From contig JALMLS010000175.1 in assembly GCA_038496445.1 (NCBI GenBank), positions 1-64,000 on the forward strand: DNA of 64,000 bases. Reading direction: 5' to 3'. The translations under genes and the position numbers were made by a program. The notes under the pieces were generated by a model. It was not told where the DNA came from, ran no database searches, and worked only from the letters and a program-made list of their open reading frames with translations. Position 1 is the stretch's first letter. Each line of letters starts with the position of its first letter. This DNA is from Trichosphaerium sp. ATCC 40318 (lineage: Eukaryota; Protista; Tubulinea). Below are positions 1 through 14,169 of this stretch, piece after piece.

Positions 1-200
1 AGTACTGCGTCTTTTTTTTTGTGTTTTTGCAAATACACAATGTTGTTTTTATTCATTGAAGAGTACTAGCTCAGTGATGTCAATTATGCGTTTTTACTCA
101 CGATGAGCACTAAACGTAAAAGCTCCCTATCGCAAAAAAACAAGAGGTACCACTTGTCACGTGTTTATTTAACCTCAAACTTGAACGTAGACGAAAACTC

Positions 201-487
201 ATGTATTGGACCTTCCATTAGAGCTACTACTTGATATTATTGATTTAGATAATGAAATTTACATAAAATGGCCTCTTATATCAAAATATACAGCAACAAG
301 CACAAGGTTTGATAATAACTTGAACAAACATGGAAAATGGACAAAACACCCAGTACCAAAATGGAGGCGGCGATGTAAAGAAAATGAAGAACACATTGTG
401 TGGTTTAACGGTGGTCAAGTGTATTTTAATTTTGACTATCAAATAGCCAATTCTTGTAAAAATGTAAAAAAAAACCAAAGCCAGTAA
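201..487 (+). pseudogene. Truncated F-box-like/MORN-family paralog (N-terminal part only)
   Basis: LDLPLELLLDII..IYIKWPLISKYTATSTRFDNNLNKHGKW aligns with the N-termini of the genes at 21129-22472 and 57675-58628. The ATG at 201 is out of frame by 1 nt, and the ORF ends before any MORN array. Confidence 0.6.
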
Positions 488-665
488 CAATAATAATTAA
501 CGTTCTCTATGCAACAAGAGTCCGAGTTAGCATATGCCATTGCCACGTCCTCCGTTCATTTGTTACTTTTAAGCTTTGCTAGGTAAAATTTACTTACTGC
601 TTGTGAGGTGCGAGCAATGACTTATTAGTCGTTAAAAGTCGCCAAATCGATAACTATCAACAAAT

Positions 666-3600
666 ATGGCAGAGGAAACGCGTACTCCTGTTTTCTTCAA
701 TGAGCTTCACTATGAAGATATGCTTTCAGATCAATTTGAAGGTAACTAAACCGACTACAATTGATAAATCACGTGACAAATCTTTTTTCCAAAAAGGTTT
801 CGAAATCGCCGCTCCAGGTGGTACAAACTTGAAGGGATGGTCAGTTTCGCTTTATGGAGGTACGTTACCAAAATACCGTTAAATCACAACGGAGAAAAAA
901 GATCCTCAGCTTTCTCTTGTGTTACTCCGTCCGTATCTAGCATATTCTTATCACGTGCGCGTCTAGGTGCCGATGGTAAGGTTTATAAGACGGTAGAACT
1001 GAAAGGACTTGTACCTGATTTACAAGTACGTTGAGTGTAATGACAAGGCTAGATTTTCTTTCCTAATCAAAACCAAGAACGGTTTCGGAGTACTCTTTTT
1101 TTGTAAAAGGCATCCACGACGGTACGACCACGTTTTTTCCATCACCAACGCTAATGTTTACCACAAGGATCATCTAATGGCGATGGTATGGCTCTCGTAG
1201 ATAAGTGGTAAAGTCCGACAATTTTTGAGCTACGAAGGCGCTTTTGAGGCTACTGATGGTAAATTACTCTTGTGAAAGATTTGGTAAAATTTTTTAGGTC
1301 CTGCAAAAGGAATGACCAGTGACAAGATACCTGTCGCCGAATTCGAGTGGTCTCACCATGAGAACTCTCTTCAACTCCAAGGCAAAGGTAGTTGCTACGA
1401 AGATTTCGAATGGAAAGGTCCAGTAGACTCTACTCCAGGCGAAGTTAACGGTGAACAAGTATTCGGTAAGGTTTTATAAGACCTATTTCGTTTTTGCTTA
1501 TTTTTAAATTGTAGAGGGCGTTCCAATCTCCGCTCCAGAACCTGGTCACGTGACTCTTGAAACTTTCACTGGCATTAATCGTGAATCGCATCATACCACT
1601 GATTATGTTAATAAGAGTATGCTCATACTAAGACGTGCTAATACTTTCCAACTTGGGTTCAAAACAAATCTTGGTACGAAATTAGCATTTAACTTGTTTT
1701 TACGCTTCTTTTTTTGACTCTTAGCCACTGTTTTATTAATGCTGGATATATAGAACCTAGTGCGCTTACTATTGTACTGACTGTATTCCCTGAGACTAGC
1801 GAACAAGTCAAAATCAAGGCATGATGTCACATTCGTTTTATTACTAATTCTCGAAAAGGTGTTAGATGCAAAACCAGAAGAGTTGAGTAAGACAGAGTGG
1901 GCAGCTTTTGTGAAAGAAAAGTCAGATGATGGCTTCTTAGCAATGGTCAGGTACACAAAACGACAGACGTAAAATCAAGTTACTCTAACACAATTTTTCT
2001 CTGTCAGTATTCCCGCCAATGCAAAAATCGGACAATACTCACTCTCTGTAACAAACGGAGATGTAACAGACGAATCAACTCATCCCGTTATCGTTCTATT
2101 CAATCCATGGAGTGAAGATGATGTGTATATATGGAAGATGACTCTTGGAGAACTGAATACGTTCTAAACCAGGAAGGAGTTGTTTGGGTACCTTTAAAAA
2201 AAAAACATCATTTTCTGAAGTTGCTTTGCTAACACGTTTCTCAAAGCAAGGAAGTGAATGGGTTAAAGTACCTCAAAGATGGCTTTATGCACAGTTCGAG
2301 GAGTTGAGTGTTTTAGCATGCTTGAAGCTTGTTGAAATGATACCTCTTGAGAATCGTGGAGATCCTGTTTTATTCTCGAGAAAATTAAGTGCTCTTGTTA
2401 ATGTTCAAGATGAGGGTGGAGTACTTGTAGGAAACTGGAGTGGTACGTCATCTACCTAATGGGTTAGAAAAGTTAAACTTTCGTTAGGTAATTATGCCGA
2501 TGGCACTAAACCAAAGGCGTGGGTAAGTTCACATCCTATTTTGGAACAGTTTTATGTAAGTGGCCAAGGTGTTAAGTATGGTAAGTCTTTTAACTATTAT
2601 TTTGAGTTTATCATGTATTGATCATTATATGTAGGTCAATGCTGGGTATTTGGTATGTTTAGTATGTAAGTGTTTCTAAGTATACTTACATTGTTTCAAG
2701 CTGCCGTATTGCGTTCGGTCTGTAGGTGCCTTGGTATTCCATGCCGTCCAATTACAAACTTTAACTCAGGTTCCCAAAACATTTCTGTATTATTTTCGCT
2801 TACTCCTTTGTTTTTTAGCGCATGACACCTCTTTTGATAGAGGTATCGAGTATTATTTCTATCGTGATGGCGATGGAAAGCTTGTTCAAGACAGTTCTGT
2901 CACATCTGACTCAATTTGGTACTAAACTACAACTTGTTGTTTAAGGTTTTCTCTTATAATTTCTTTAGGAACTTTCATGTGTGGAACGATGTCTGGTACA
3001 ATATCATTGTTGATAAAGTGCTTGAGTTTATAAATAATATATAGGATGCGCAGACCTGATTTACCTTCCGGATATGGTGGATGGCAAGCACTAGATTCGA
3101 CACCACAGGTATGCCTGGTTGAAACTAAAGAAGTTTTTTCAAACACATTCGTTTAGGAAAAGAGTGAAGGCATTTTCCAGACAGGACCTTGTCCTATTAC
3201 CGCTATAAAAGCAGGCGAAAAGGATAAATCTATCAAATACGATTTGGACTTTATATACGCTGAAGTAAACGCAGATGTAAAGTACGGTCATATCATTTAG
3301 TTTTCTTAGAATTGTATCTGACTCAATTTAAGGCACTTCGCAAAGGGAGAGAGTGGTGAGTATGAACTCATAAAGGTAGAGACTACCAAGGTACGTTTTT
3401 ATTACATCTGTTGCGGAGGTATGTAAATATATATGTAGGTTGGTCAATCTCTGTGGACTAAATCTGTTGGATCTTTTTTGAAAACTTTTGCAACATCTCA
3501 GTATAAGTACAAAGAAGGCTCGGCTGCAGAACGTGCAGTGCACCTTGATGAAAACAATGGTACGTATTTTAATCTCATATGTTACCGGTTATAATTACTA

Positions 3601-4511
3601 ATATCTTAATTTCTGTAGAAGCTTTCACTGTTACGTTTGATGTCGATCACAACAAGGTTAGATAAAAAATACGAATAAAACAAGAAAAATAGTTGACTTC
3701 TCAAACAGGTTGCTGGTGAAGACTTCGTTGTCAAGATGAAACTCAAGCGTATTAAGACTGAAGGAGCTGTTGATACAAATGTAAAGTACGTCCTCAAACA
3801 CTCAATCAGCAGAGCGAGGCAAAAAAAAAGCATTCTGAACTAATGTTCCATCCTTTAGTGTCACCTTCAGCGCTTACGCTGTTTACTACACTGGAAAGCC
3901 TAGAAGTAGTTTTAAATCAGAAAATACTAACCTTACTATCCCTGCTGATGGTTCCGAAGTTGATTTCTCTGTGCCTATTACTGTGAATGACTACTTGGCT
4001 CTTCTAGATGATGACCATCAAATGAAGTTTAACGTTTATGTTCTTTCGGAAGATAAGAAAGAAACAGCACTACAATCTCTTGATTTTGACCTTGATAACC
4101 CTGTGATCAATATCGAACTAGAAGGTGTATCAGATTTGACAATAAACGAAGGTAAACACAAAAACCAAGTACGCTCAGATTGTTAACAAAAGAAAATTCT
4201 AGGTGACAACGTAAATGTTAATGTTTCAATGAAAAATACACTTCCTGTTGCACTCACAGGTGCCACATTTATTGTCGAATGTCCTGGATTATTGAAGCGT
4301 AAGAAAGTCACTATTTCAGATGTATCCCCAGGCGCTGATGCAAAAGCAACGGTAGCTGTTAAGGGTAAGAATCAATTGAGCTTTTTTTTAAAGTTGGTTC
4401 TAAAGTATCTTTTTTCTAGCGACAAGGAAAGGAAAGCTTGATTTGAATGTCACGTTTGATGCTAAAGAACTTGCTCCTGTTCATAGAGATGTTGATGTAA
4501 CCGTGAATTAG
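666..4511 (+). CDS. Transglutaminase (protein-glutamine gamma-glutamyltransferase) with N-terminal bacterial-type lamin-tail-like domain; multi-exon
   Basis: Spliced motifs GQCWVFAAV (catalytic Cys), NFHVWNDVW (His), [10 protein letters not shown] (Asp), LFNPWS, YAEVNAD, followed by C-terminal beta-barrel segments. N-terminus reads [47 protein letters not shown]. Apparent 1-nt indels near 1100 and 2126. Confidence 0.92.
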
Positions 4512-5417
4512 TTTGACGAGTACAACTCATCGGTAAAGAAAAACTTTTAAAATAAAGAGTTATTTTCAGAAACACTTGTAAGCTGTAAATCTCCAACTAA
4601 AGTTTATAGCGTTTGTTTATTAATGTGTTTTGACAAAGATGTTGTTGGTTAAGGCCTGCTAAACAATGAAAAAACATTGAAGCTAGGTTCAGTAATCAGC
4701 GATATAGCTGTTTTTGGTTGTTTACAAAGTTCTAACTAATGCGTAGTAGCTTATAACGACTTGTTGGTGTATACCCGGTTTTGACCCAAAGTGAAACCAT
4801 AGCAAACATGGAAAAAATGCGGATTGAGATGAAGGAATTAGTTTAGGTTCTTGGTTTTTTTTGCATTTTTAGTTAAACTCTTTTTCCCACAGTCGTTCAA
4901 CGTCTCTGTATTGCTTTTTGAGCGTAGAAAACGTTGTTCGATATTGTCTCACGTTAAGTGCCTCAGTTTTTTAGGTAGTAACCGGAAAAATGCGCAAAAT
5001 AAGTGAGTTTGTTTATTCACAGGTTGAAAATAAAAACCAAGAATTTTTGACTTGTAGCGACTCCAGACCGAAACAGCCAGTGTTAATAGGGACTGTCACA
5101 AATACTGTTTAGTTAAACCTTTATGTATACCCAATCCAGATCTTTATTGCCACCGATGATAACCCAACGTAAGGGCAGCATCGCTTTTGAGACAGTTTCG
5201 AAAATTATGACATTTTTAATTTAATTTATTATTTACGGATTACGAGAATCATTGAGACGTTTTTACTCACCTCAGAACCGTCCTAACTTTAAATTGCTAC
5301 TTTGAACATTTAGCCAGTATTCTATACTTAGAGTACGTAAAAAATTTTTGCGATTCGTTCTTGCTGTGCCGAGGAAAAGTACCGCAAAGCAATTTTTTTA
5401 CAACAAACTTTTCAAAA

Positions 5418-7466
5418 ATGTCGGAATTTCTGAATGTGTTAGGTAAGTTCATTGTATTCAACGTTGCACTACTCTATGTTATTCTAAATACCTAAATGGT
5501 ATGCAAAAGAGTAACTACATGCCTTTGTAAGTTTTCCCGGGCAAGGTTACTGTGTCTTATTATAACTGGTACGATTGTAATTCTTAAAGCTACAAAACGT
5601 GTAATAGCGAAAATACAAGCGTCAGTATGGTTAACAAAAGGCTAGGAGCGATATTCATTATATTCCAATTTATACTGGTTGAGGGACGCAGTGCCACTTC
5701 CTATGAGCCCAATGCAAGCACAGGTACGTATTTTTGTAGTTTTAATATCGCTGTGAAACAATAATCTCCCTAAAACGCACTTACACGCTATTTTAGCGCA
5801 AATACTTGAAAGAGGACTAGAAAGAACGCCCATAATTAAAAATATCCTTCATTTCATGCGGTTCATCTCAAGACCACTATACGACAGTACGTCATGATAT
5901 TATCTGTCAGAATAAAATAATTAAACAAATTCTATTTAACCACTAACATGGTTTCAGGTCAAAGTTATGATGACTGGCACAAATTCTCGTATAATCCCAC
6001 TAACCTACCCGAAACTTGTACAAAAAATGGGTGGGCAGTGCGCAAAGACAGTGTCAAGTTGTACGATGCCTTCTTATTCAGTCACGTGAGTGTCACGTGA
6101 TGATATTCTTTTTGCAACACAACAAAAAAGCAATTGCTGACTCTGGTGTATTAAAGGAACTTGATATCTTGGAGATTCGGCTTAAGGAACTATATGACAT
6201 AGTTGATTTTTTCGTAATTACTGAATCCAAACAGACATTTTCTAAGCAAGGTGACGTTGACTACTTTAATTTTTTTCGAAAATTGCTTATTTGGGTTTTT
6301 TTGTAAAAATGTTTAACAATAATTATTAGGCCAGAAAAACTTGTTTTTTAACCTTACTAAATCTACGCGGTTTAAAAAATATATGCCAAAGATAATTCAT
6401 CACATTACAGAACCGGGTGGTAAGTTACAAATACAGACTTAAACCAAGTTTATTCCCAAAATAGGATCTTTATTTCTTGCCGAAGCCAAGTCCAGAAATT
6501 CCCAACAACAAGGATTAATGGAGGTACAAATCACCTCAATATGTGGTATACTCATACCTAACTAGGCTGGTATTAAACCAGGTGACATCGTTTTTTTAAG
6601 TGACGTTGATGAGATACCAAGAAAGTCTGCATTAAAATTATTTAAAACATGCTCTCAGTACGTTTACTCCTGCAAGTGCTTACCTATAAATACCTAACAA
6701 TCTATTAGGTTTCCTAGCATAGTATACTTCTCTTTGCGACATTATATGTATAGTTTTGTTTACCCTTTGGAGTATCATGTAACAGGTAAGAAAAGATTGA
6801 TTGTTTGTTCGCCGTTTTCTTTGTACTTAGTTGTTTGGTGTAGGAAAGGTTATCACCTATACATCAGGTGAGAATTACATGGGTCGTGTTAAAAAAGGTA
6901 ATGGAAATATGTTACTTAATGCGGGGTGGCATTGTAGCTTCTGTTTTAGGTGCGTACTAGTTAGCTATCTTTTTCCTCTCGTTTTTCTTTTCATCTTCTT
7001 TTTTTGACAATATTCTAGATACTTAGATGATATCACACATAAACTACAGTCATATTCACATAGAGAACGATACAGAAAGTATCATGAGAATCTCAACTTA
7101 CTCCAGAAGAAGATACAGAATGGGAACTTTATTTATGACTCAGTACGCCTTTTTTTTTTTTTTGTGATTTCAACACATCCATGATAAGCATGTGACTCAA
7201 GTACTCATCTTTTTTTCTTTAGTGGCCAGAAGCCTTTAGTTTTAAAAACATTTGGAGCCTTTGGCCGCCTTTTAGAAAGCACATTAGTGATGATGTGCCT
7301 ATCGCTGTTAACAAAGACAAGAAAAACTTCGGATTCCTTAATACAAAGGTACACGACTTTCACGAACACGTGTTTTTGTTTACAACTGGCGCAGGAATGC
7401 ATACGTGAACGTCATAATCCTATCACTTACTGGGATGAAATGTATCCTCAACCATATAAAAAGTAA
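5418..7466 (+). CDS. Glycosyltransferase family 17 (GnT-III/MGAT3-like beta-1,4-GlcNAc transferase); multi-exon
   Basis: Motifs YDAFLFSH-ELDILEIRLKELYDIVDFFVITESKQTFS, SDVDEIP and AGWHCSFCFR. Start exon uncertain. Confidence 0.85.
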
Positions 7467-7622
7467 GAAATAAAAAAGATTGTATGATTTGTAACCATTT
7501 ATCTCCTTTTCATTATCAATACCATAAGTAGGAAAGCGTTAGTATTGATGTATCACACTGTGGGTGGTATAAAGTGAGTTGAGTTCAAACAGACGGTGGA
7601 ATTACAAGAACATTTGTTTTAT

Positions 7623-8563
7623 TTATCGACTATTAAACAATTGAGATACTCCATTTGCTATCATAGTAGCCCATGTAGTATTCGCTCTGAACGAATCACC
7701 TGTCAAAGAACGTAAAGGAGATAGATCAGTGAACTCTACAATAGGTATATTCTTAACCCAGAAAGGACCATTAATCGATAAACAAAAAGTTGTCAATTTT
7801 CCTTTTTTACAAATATCTTTCCCAGCAAAGTTCAATGAGAACGGATAGAACTTAACTCCGTACAGACCCATTGCATAATCCATTAAATCAGCTAACCCGG
7901 CAGAGTTCTTATTAGCAAAACCAGCTATGAAGTTACCTCTAAATCCATCAACCTTCATTCTTTCATATGTTTCTGGTAAAAGTGTTGCAAACGCTTCTGG
8001 TATATTTGCTGATCCAAGTGTATTATTATAATTAGCTATCTCATCTAAGTTAACTCCCCATGTTATCTTATTAACATGTGGATAGTTTTCAACGAAATAA
8101 GTAGCTGCAGGAGGAAGTAATTTTCCGCAAGAATCATCAATAAAAAGTAAAAAGATTCCTTGTTGGTTTGCAAGAATTCTTGCGATTTCTAGAGCTGCTC
8201 CTATTCCAGCAGCGTTATCATCAATGCCTCCAGGGCTAAGAGCTGCACCTGCACTACCTGTACAGCGTGGCTGGTAGTGAACCATCAGAATAGCCATTTC
8301 GCTTTTTATAGAACCGGAATAAGCAATAATGTTCTTAAACGGCCTGTTTGTATTGAAGGTTTGTATCCGAGCTTGTTGAGTTGATTAATAATGTATTGTC
8401 TGTTATTGGCTACAACTCTTTGGAATCCAGCGTCGCCAGGGCATACTGCATCGCTTGAAAGCTTTCTTATTGTATTGTCTATATACGACTTTCGTACTTG
8501 GCCGAGAGCACCGCAATATAAGCAAAGGGTTACAATAGCACAAAGTGCAAGTAGATGCGTCAT
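7623..8563 (-). CDS. Secreted M28 peptidase-like protein with degenerate active site; intronless, one apparent frameshift near 8340
   Basis: Signal peptide, then FKNIIA..VHYQ..GIDDNAAGIGAALEIARIL, VNLDEI, GNFIA and GPFW..IPIVEFTD. The two ORFs join by a 1-nt shift. Confidence 0.7.
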
Positions 8564-9100
8564 CGGAATTGTATTCTGAGACTACAGTCTAAGTGCAGTT
8601 TCCTTTTTTGAAAGCGCTTAACACGGGCAAAACTTGTACCGGGATTTAAAGGCCAAATTCGGTTTCAATAAAGTGTGTAATAGTAAAGAATGGAATTGTA
8701 CTGACAGGAAATACTTGTTATGTTTTGGATCTATGGTTTTTGGGATAATACAGAGGCTACTCAATACCAGCTTAAAATTAGAAGAAACGCTGAAGTTCGC
8801 GTTTTCTTCATTATTTCTGGTTTAGTTAGATACAACATTTGTCGCCCGTATCTCGGTTAGAAACAAGTTCAGCAATAGAGGACTGAGTTGGAAAGAAAAG
8901 CCGAAACCTTGCGTGTGGTGCTATTACTTTCCGCCTTTTGTCACTTTTTGTGCTTGAATACACTGGTACATGATAGTTCTGCATTGTGTTGTATGGTGAT
9001 GCCAACATAACTTAATACAAGCGTAAAACATACGACTACCTTGTTAAACACTGTATTGAATCAAATTTACAAATAAAGTACATAGTGTAACTCCCGTTTA

Positions 9101-12100
9101 TCAACAACGTTCAAACATCTTCTTTAATGAACTGGAAGTAGCAATTTCATAAATCGTGCCTACAAACACAATTAAAAACAAAAAGAACTTTAGACCAAAA
9201 AGTTCTCAACAAAAAAAACCAACATACCATCAGTAGCCCATCGTTTTGGAGGCACAAAATTCTCTTTAAGAAGTGGGAAGAAAATATTACGTATTGCATT
9301 TTTGTATTTCTACGCGTGTATAAGTAAGCAGTTGAGTTTCTTTTGTTTTAACATACCTTGGAGTCATTCTCGTCTTGAGGTAAATGTACCTTGTAGTACT
9401 CAGCAAACTCTCTAGCACAAGTATCATAATACTCCTTCTCATTTTCCCAATCAACCTGTACAAATAAATTAATCACGTGATTAGAGAAAGAACCAAAAAC
9501 GAAAATGTCAAAAAGCGTACACCAATACCAAGACGTAGTACAAAGTTAGACAGAGCTGCAACAGAAGGAATATAACCTTGAAGAATCAAAGGTAAACTCT
9601 TTAAATTGCCTTCCTCGTCAATATCAATATTCCAACCAAGTTCTAGCATCTCCCGTCTATCAATAAGCATGCTTTTTACATACTAGTAATCACAATTAGT
9701 TAACAACACGTGCTTGAACATCTGCAAAGAAGGTGGACGTACATCAGAAATATCATGGAGATCATCTCCTGTAAGTTCTCCTTCATGCTGAGTCATAGAA
9801 GGATCAGCAGTGATAGCAGTTTTACATAGTTCATAAATGGATAAGCTATGAGACAACTCTATACGCTAAACAAAATTAAATTAACCAAGTTGAAGGACAT
9901 AAACAAGAACGTACAGTGAAACGTCCAAAACACTGTAAAGCAGTTTGATAAACAAGTTCGTGAACTATATTATCCGCATTACACATGTAAATCTTTCCTC
10001 CTTGTTGAACAACAACAAACTCGTCATCTTTATCAGGAACAATACTAATATAGAATTAACAAGCAACCAGAATTACTCTCAGACAGTAAGTGTTAATGCA
10101 CATACCCAACAAAGTGGTGGTTGCAAAATACATCTGTAAGTTTTTTATGACCTTGCTTTTTGACGTCCTGAATACTCTTTAGTTAGTCCATTGATATTGT
10201 AAGCTGTATACCTCTAGCAACTCTTGTACACAAGGTACCTCAACTTTTTTATCTTGAAGTTGTCTTTTTGGTACACTTGAATCAGATTTCTTTGTTGTTT
10301 TGCGCTTCTTCTTTGCAGGCCCGTCCGGCGTAAAGTCATCATCATCTGCACCGCTTTGATAGTCAAGCATACTAAAGGCTAGATGTGAGTATGAATAACC
10401 CGAAATCTATACTAACGATAGTTGGCGCTTCTTAGAGGAAGCTGGAAAAGGCGATGCTGTATCATTGGATACATGTTTAGCCGGTGATGTTCGTTGAATC
10501 GGTACTGAGTTACGTGGAGAATTGAACGGTAAAGCTGATTTTTGTGGTGAAGTCACTGGACTTCTGTGTCCAGCTGTGGCAGGTATTACCTAGTGATAGG
10601 ATTAAAGCACTGCGGAATTATTAAATAAATCAAAGAATCACATACGGAAGGATTAAATGGCCTCGAAACGTCAGCATTTTTGAGCTTCTCTATAATCGCA
10701 TTTCTGATCTAAGAAGTTGTTATTTCTTTCAAAAGAAGATACTATCGTACGATATCAATGATTCCTTGTTCATGAAGAAATCGAACCTTCAAAAAATTTG
10801 AATTAGAAAAGCAAAAATGTTTACTTTACATTTACATACCTCTTCTTTAGCCGGGTGGACATTTACATCCAAGTGGCTTGGTTCAAGTTGTAGACTTATG
10901 TATACGAATGGATGTGATCCACGCGAAATGTAACTTGAGTATGCTGCGTCCACGGCACGTTTCAGAGGTTTACATGATACCAAACGATCTTGTTGAAGAA
11001 AAAAGTCAGTACATGTAACCCTTAACTGATTTTTGAACTTCTTGTGGCGTACGATTTATAAAAAGAACGAAGCAACTCTTCTTCGATGAGTATTCAGGCT
11101 TTGATAATCTGGCATCAACAGAAAACTTAAGTTTTTTATCTTCGATTGCAATCGTCAATATTGATTTTGATAGAGCGTGCCCAAACAATGTTGCAATATT
11201 ATCAACTACTGTTAGACCTTTTCTTGTATGAATATCAGCTTTATTAGTACCACTCTAAATAAAATATTAAATATTATAAATCCTTTGGGCACGCAGCATG
11301 GTGGGAAACCAAAAAGACTTTTTTTCTTTATTGATTTTTACCTTTTTTAGAGTGAACCCAACACCAGTGTTGTGTAGTGCATATCGTTGTATTACATCAA
11401 AAACCTTTTTATATTGCGTCGTTTCATTCATACCACGCCGTCTTGATGTTGCATTATAAAACAGATCTTCAACCTGTTTCACATAAACACGTGACCATCA
11501 AAAATAATAAAACAAAAAAGATTTGAGCATACCTGAATCATTGTGCCTATTTTACCATGTGTCGGGGTTGGTTTAGTAGTCATCTTTCCATCTTGGTATA
11601 CTGCCCTTTAATATTACGTTAGCGTTATGGGGTTTCATGCGCCACAGACAATACAATCCCAATCAGACAAACAACGGTTTTTTTGAATTGAAAAATTGAG
11701 TTTTGTAGTTTTACTCACTTTCATGATCACGTACTTGAATGCCGTTTTTTGATCCTTCGTTGCTGATGTTATGGTGACTCTAAGAGACATTTCAACTTTT
11801 TTGAAGAAAAATTACGTTTTTAATTAACGAGTACCTTGCTACATGACTAATACTGGCTAAAGCTTCGCCTCTGAACCCATAAGTGGCAATACTTTTTAAA
11901 TCGTCGATTACTTTTAGCTTGGAAGTACAATGACGCTCGCAAACCATTGCCAAATCCTCTTTCTACGCGCTGTTATGCCAGCCAAGTACTTAATACGCAC
12001 TTTAATGCCACCACCATTATCAGTTAGTTTAATAAGTTTTAAACCGCCTTTACTTAATATAACGCTAATATTGGTAGCCCCAGCATCAATAGAGTTCTCC

Positions 12101-12195
12101 AGCATTTCTTTTACAGCATTTTGAGGTGCTCGTATAACCTCACCAGCTTGAATACGTACAACGACGCTCTGATCAAGCCTCTTTATGCTAGCCAT
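9101..12195 (-). CDS. MLH1: DNA mismatch repair protein MLH1; multi-exon
   Basis: [56 protein letters not shown] and the C-terminal FERC stop. Confidence 0.95.
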
Positions 12196-12650
12196 GTTGT
12201 AAACAACGCAAAAGTTAACGTATATTCCACGAAGAGAAAAAAAAATAATTTTGACACGAAATGACTTTTGTGGTTTTGGGAGTTTTTTACGCTTGGAAAC
12301 CAACGGAATTCTTTCCTTGGAAGATAATATTATTTTAGGCTACAAATGTACAGTTTTTGAAAAAAAATTAGTTGAAGTTCCCAACAAGAGATTAATAAGT
12401 AACATCAAGAGTCTCGATAACGATCTCTGGAAGAACGGCGTGAGTCTCGATCCCTACGACAAAAATACATTAATATTCAACAAAAAAAAAATTAAAAAGA
12501 ATGCAAGGCGTCAAATTAACTTCTCTGTATGTACCTCGAGTAATCTTTACTATCTCTACGATAATCATCACGTTTATCGTATCTACACAATAATTAGACT
12601 CAATTTAAACACAATAGCAACAAAGCAATGAACTTTCTTTTTTCAAAGTA

Positions 12651-14076
12651 TTACCTATCCCTATCTCTGTCCCGATAACCACGATCAGACCCTCTAGAAC
12701 GACTATCATAGCCTCTATCATAATCGCGCCTATCTCTATCACTTCTATCATAATCACGACGATCGCGTGACTCTCTATCTTTATAGTCTCTATCCCTTTC
12801 CCTACTGTCTCTATCTCTTGATCTACCATCTCTATACTTTCTCTCTTCCTCCTTCTCACGAAAGTACTCACGATTAGCTGGAGACGATGATGACTCAAGT
12901 AAACTCTTCCCACTAGATTCTTTAGGTTGCGCAGGTCTTGGTGGAGGATCAGGAAGATCTGGAAGAGTTGTAGGCTTTTTTTCGTAATGCCAACTTGGAT
13001 CAGGCAAAACTTTACTATTTTCAAGCGCCTCAGTTTGTAAAAGTAATTGACGCCTATCTTCACATATTTGTTCATAATTCTGAAGTGCTATGCTTGTCTC
13101 CAAGTCTTGATCCAATAGCTTCAAATTAACTCTATGTAGCTCTTGATCAGTGTCTATTTTCTTTCTGTGCAAAGACAATAACTACAAAAGAGCCCAATTA
13201 GTAAAGAACTAGATACATAAAGGTAGAAAACAGCTTATTTGAGCTTAAAAAAATGCTTGGCGTTAAGAAATAGTTTCATATTGGAGGGAAACTTTTTTGT
13301 AGAATCAAATAAAACGCCATAGAGTTGATTTTATGTCCGTTTTGACGATAGTTTTTGCTCATTGTTATCAAAAAAATGCCATAAATACATAATTTTAATT
13401 AAATAAGCGCCCATGGCGTTATTCAGTTGTAAACGATAAAGTTGTAGTTTGGAATATTTAAATCTTTTTCAAAAAAAACGTACCTCGTCTTCACAGCGAT
13501 TAATTTGGTCTGAACTGCGGGATAGTATTCTATGGAGCTCTTTCATTGCTGGCGTGATGCTTTCGGGCAAAAGGCCATCTAAAGTTACTTTTGGCCGTTT
13601 TAATTTTTTAACAGGCGCTCTACTAGCGCTTCCACTACTCGTGGATAGATTATGTGCAGAATTGTCGCGAGAATTACTGTAGCCTCCTTTTGGAGACGAG
13701 TTAGCATATCTATGGCGCCCATAATTGTTTCTATCGCCATAAGATTGATAATGGCCTGATTTGTGCTGGTAACTTTGTGAGTGCGCGAAATGCGACGAAG
13801 GCCTCCCTTGATTATCGCCTGAGTGGGAGTGGTAATTCTTAGCGTGTCCATTAAAAGAAGGGGAGTTTCTGTAGGGACCATAGTGTGATTGGCCAGAATT
13901 GCTTCTATGACCGCTATACGAGTTGCCCTGCGGTCTACTACCAGAATTTCGTTTATTGCCGTCCCTGGTTTATTGGTTAGTCGTTTTGCAAATTCAACAG
14001 CAGACACGTACCATTGCCTTCTAGAATTATCGTAGTGCGTGTTTCGGTCGTTGTAGGGATGATAACGAGCACTCAT
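12651..14076 (-). CDS. Hypothetical low-complexity protein with coiled coil and Arg/Asp(Ser)-rich C-terminus; multi-exon
   Basis: ATG at 14076, spliced ORFs, and a C-terminal RDRD/RDYD dipeptide-rich tail typical of nuclear RS-like proteins. No family recognised. Confidence 0.55.
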
Positions 14077-14169
14077 TGGCCGCTCAAAGCCTCTGAAGTG
14101 TTAACACCAGTTTTTTGCGCCACTTTTTTGTGAGTCAATAAAAATCGTGTTGTTTTCGAATAATGTTGG
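14077..14169. promoter_or_regulatory. Putative bidirectional promoter (93 bp between divergent start codons)
   Basis: Divergent ATGs at 14076 (-) and 14170 (+). Confidence 0.45.

Noticed and set aside
4880-5330. Exon-like segments on the minus strand between the TGase and GT17 genes
   Set aside because: Could not assemble a consistent open spliced frame.
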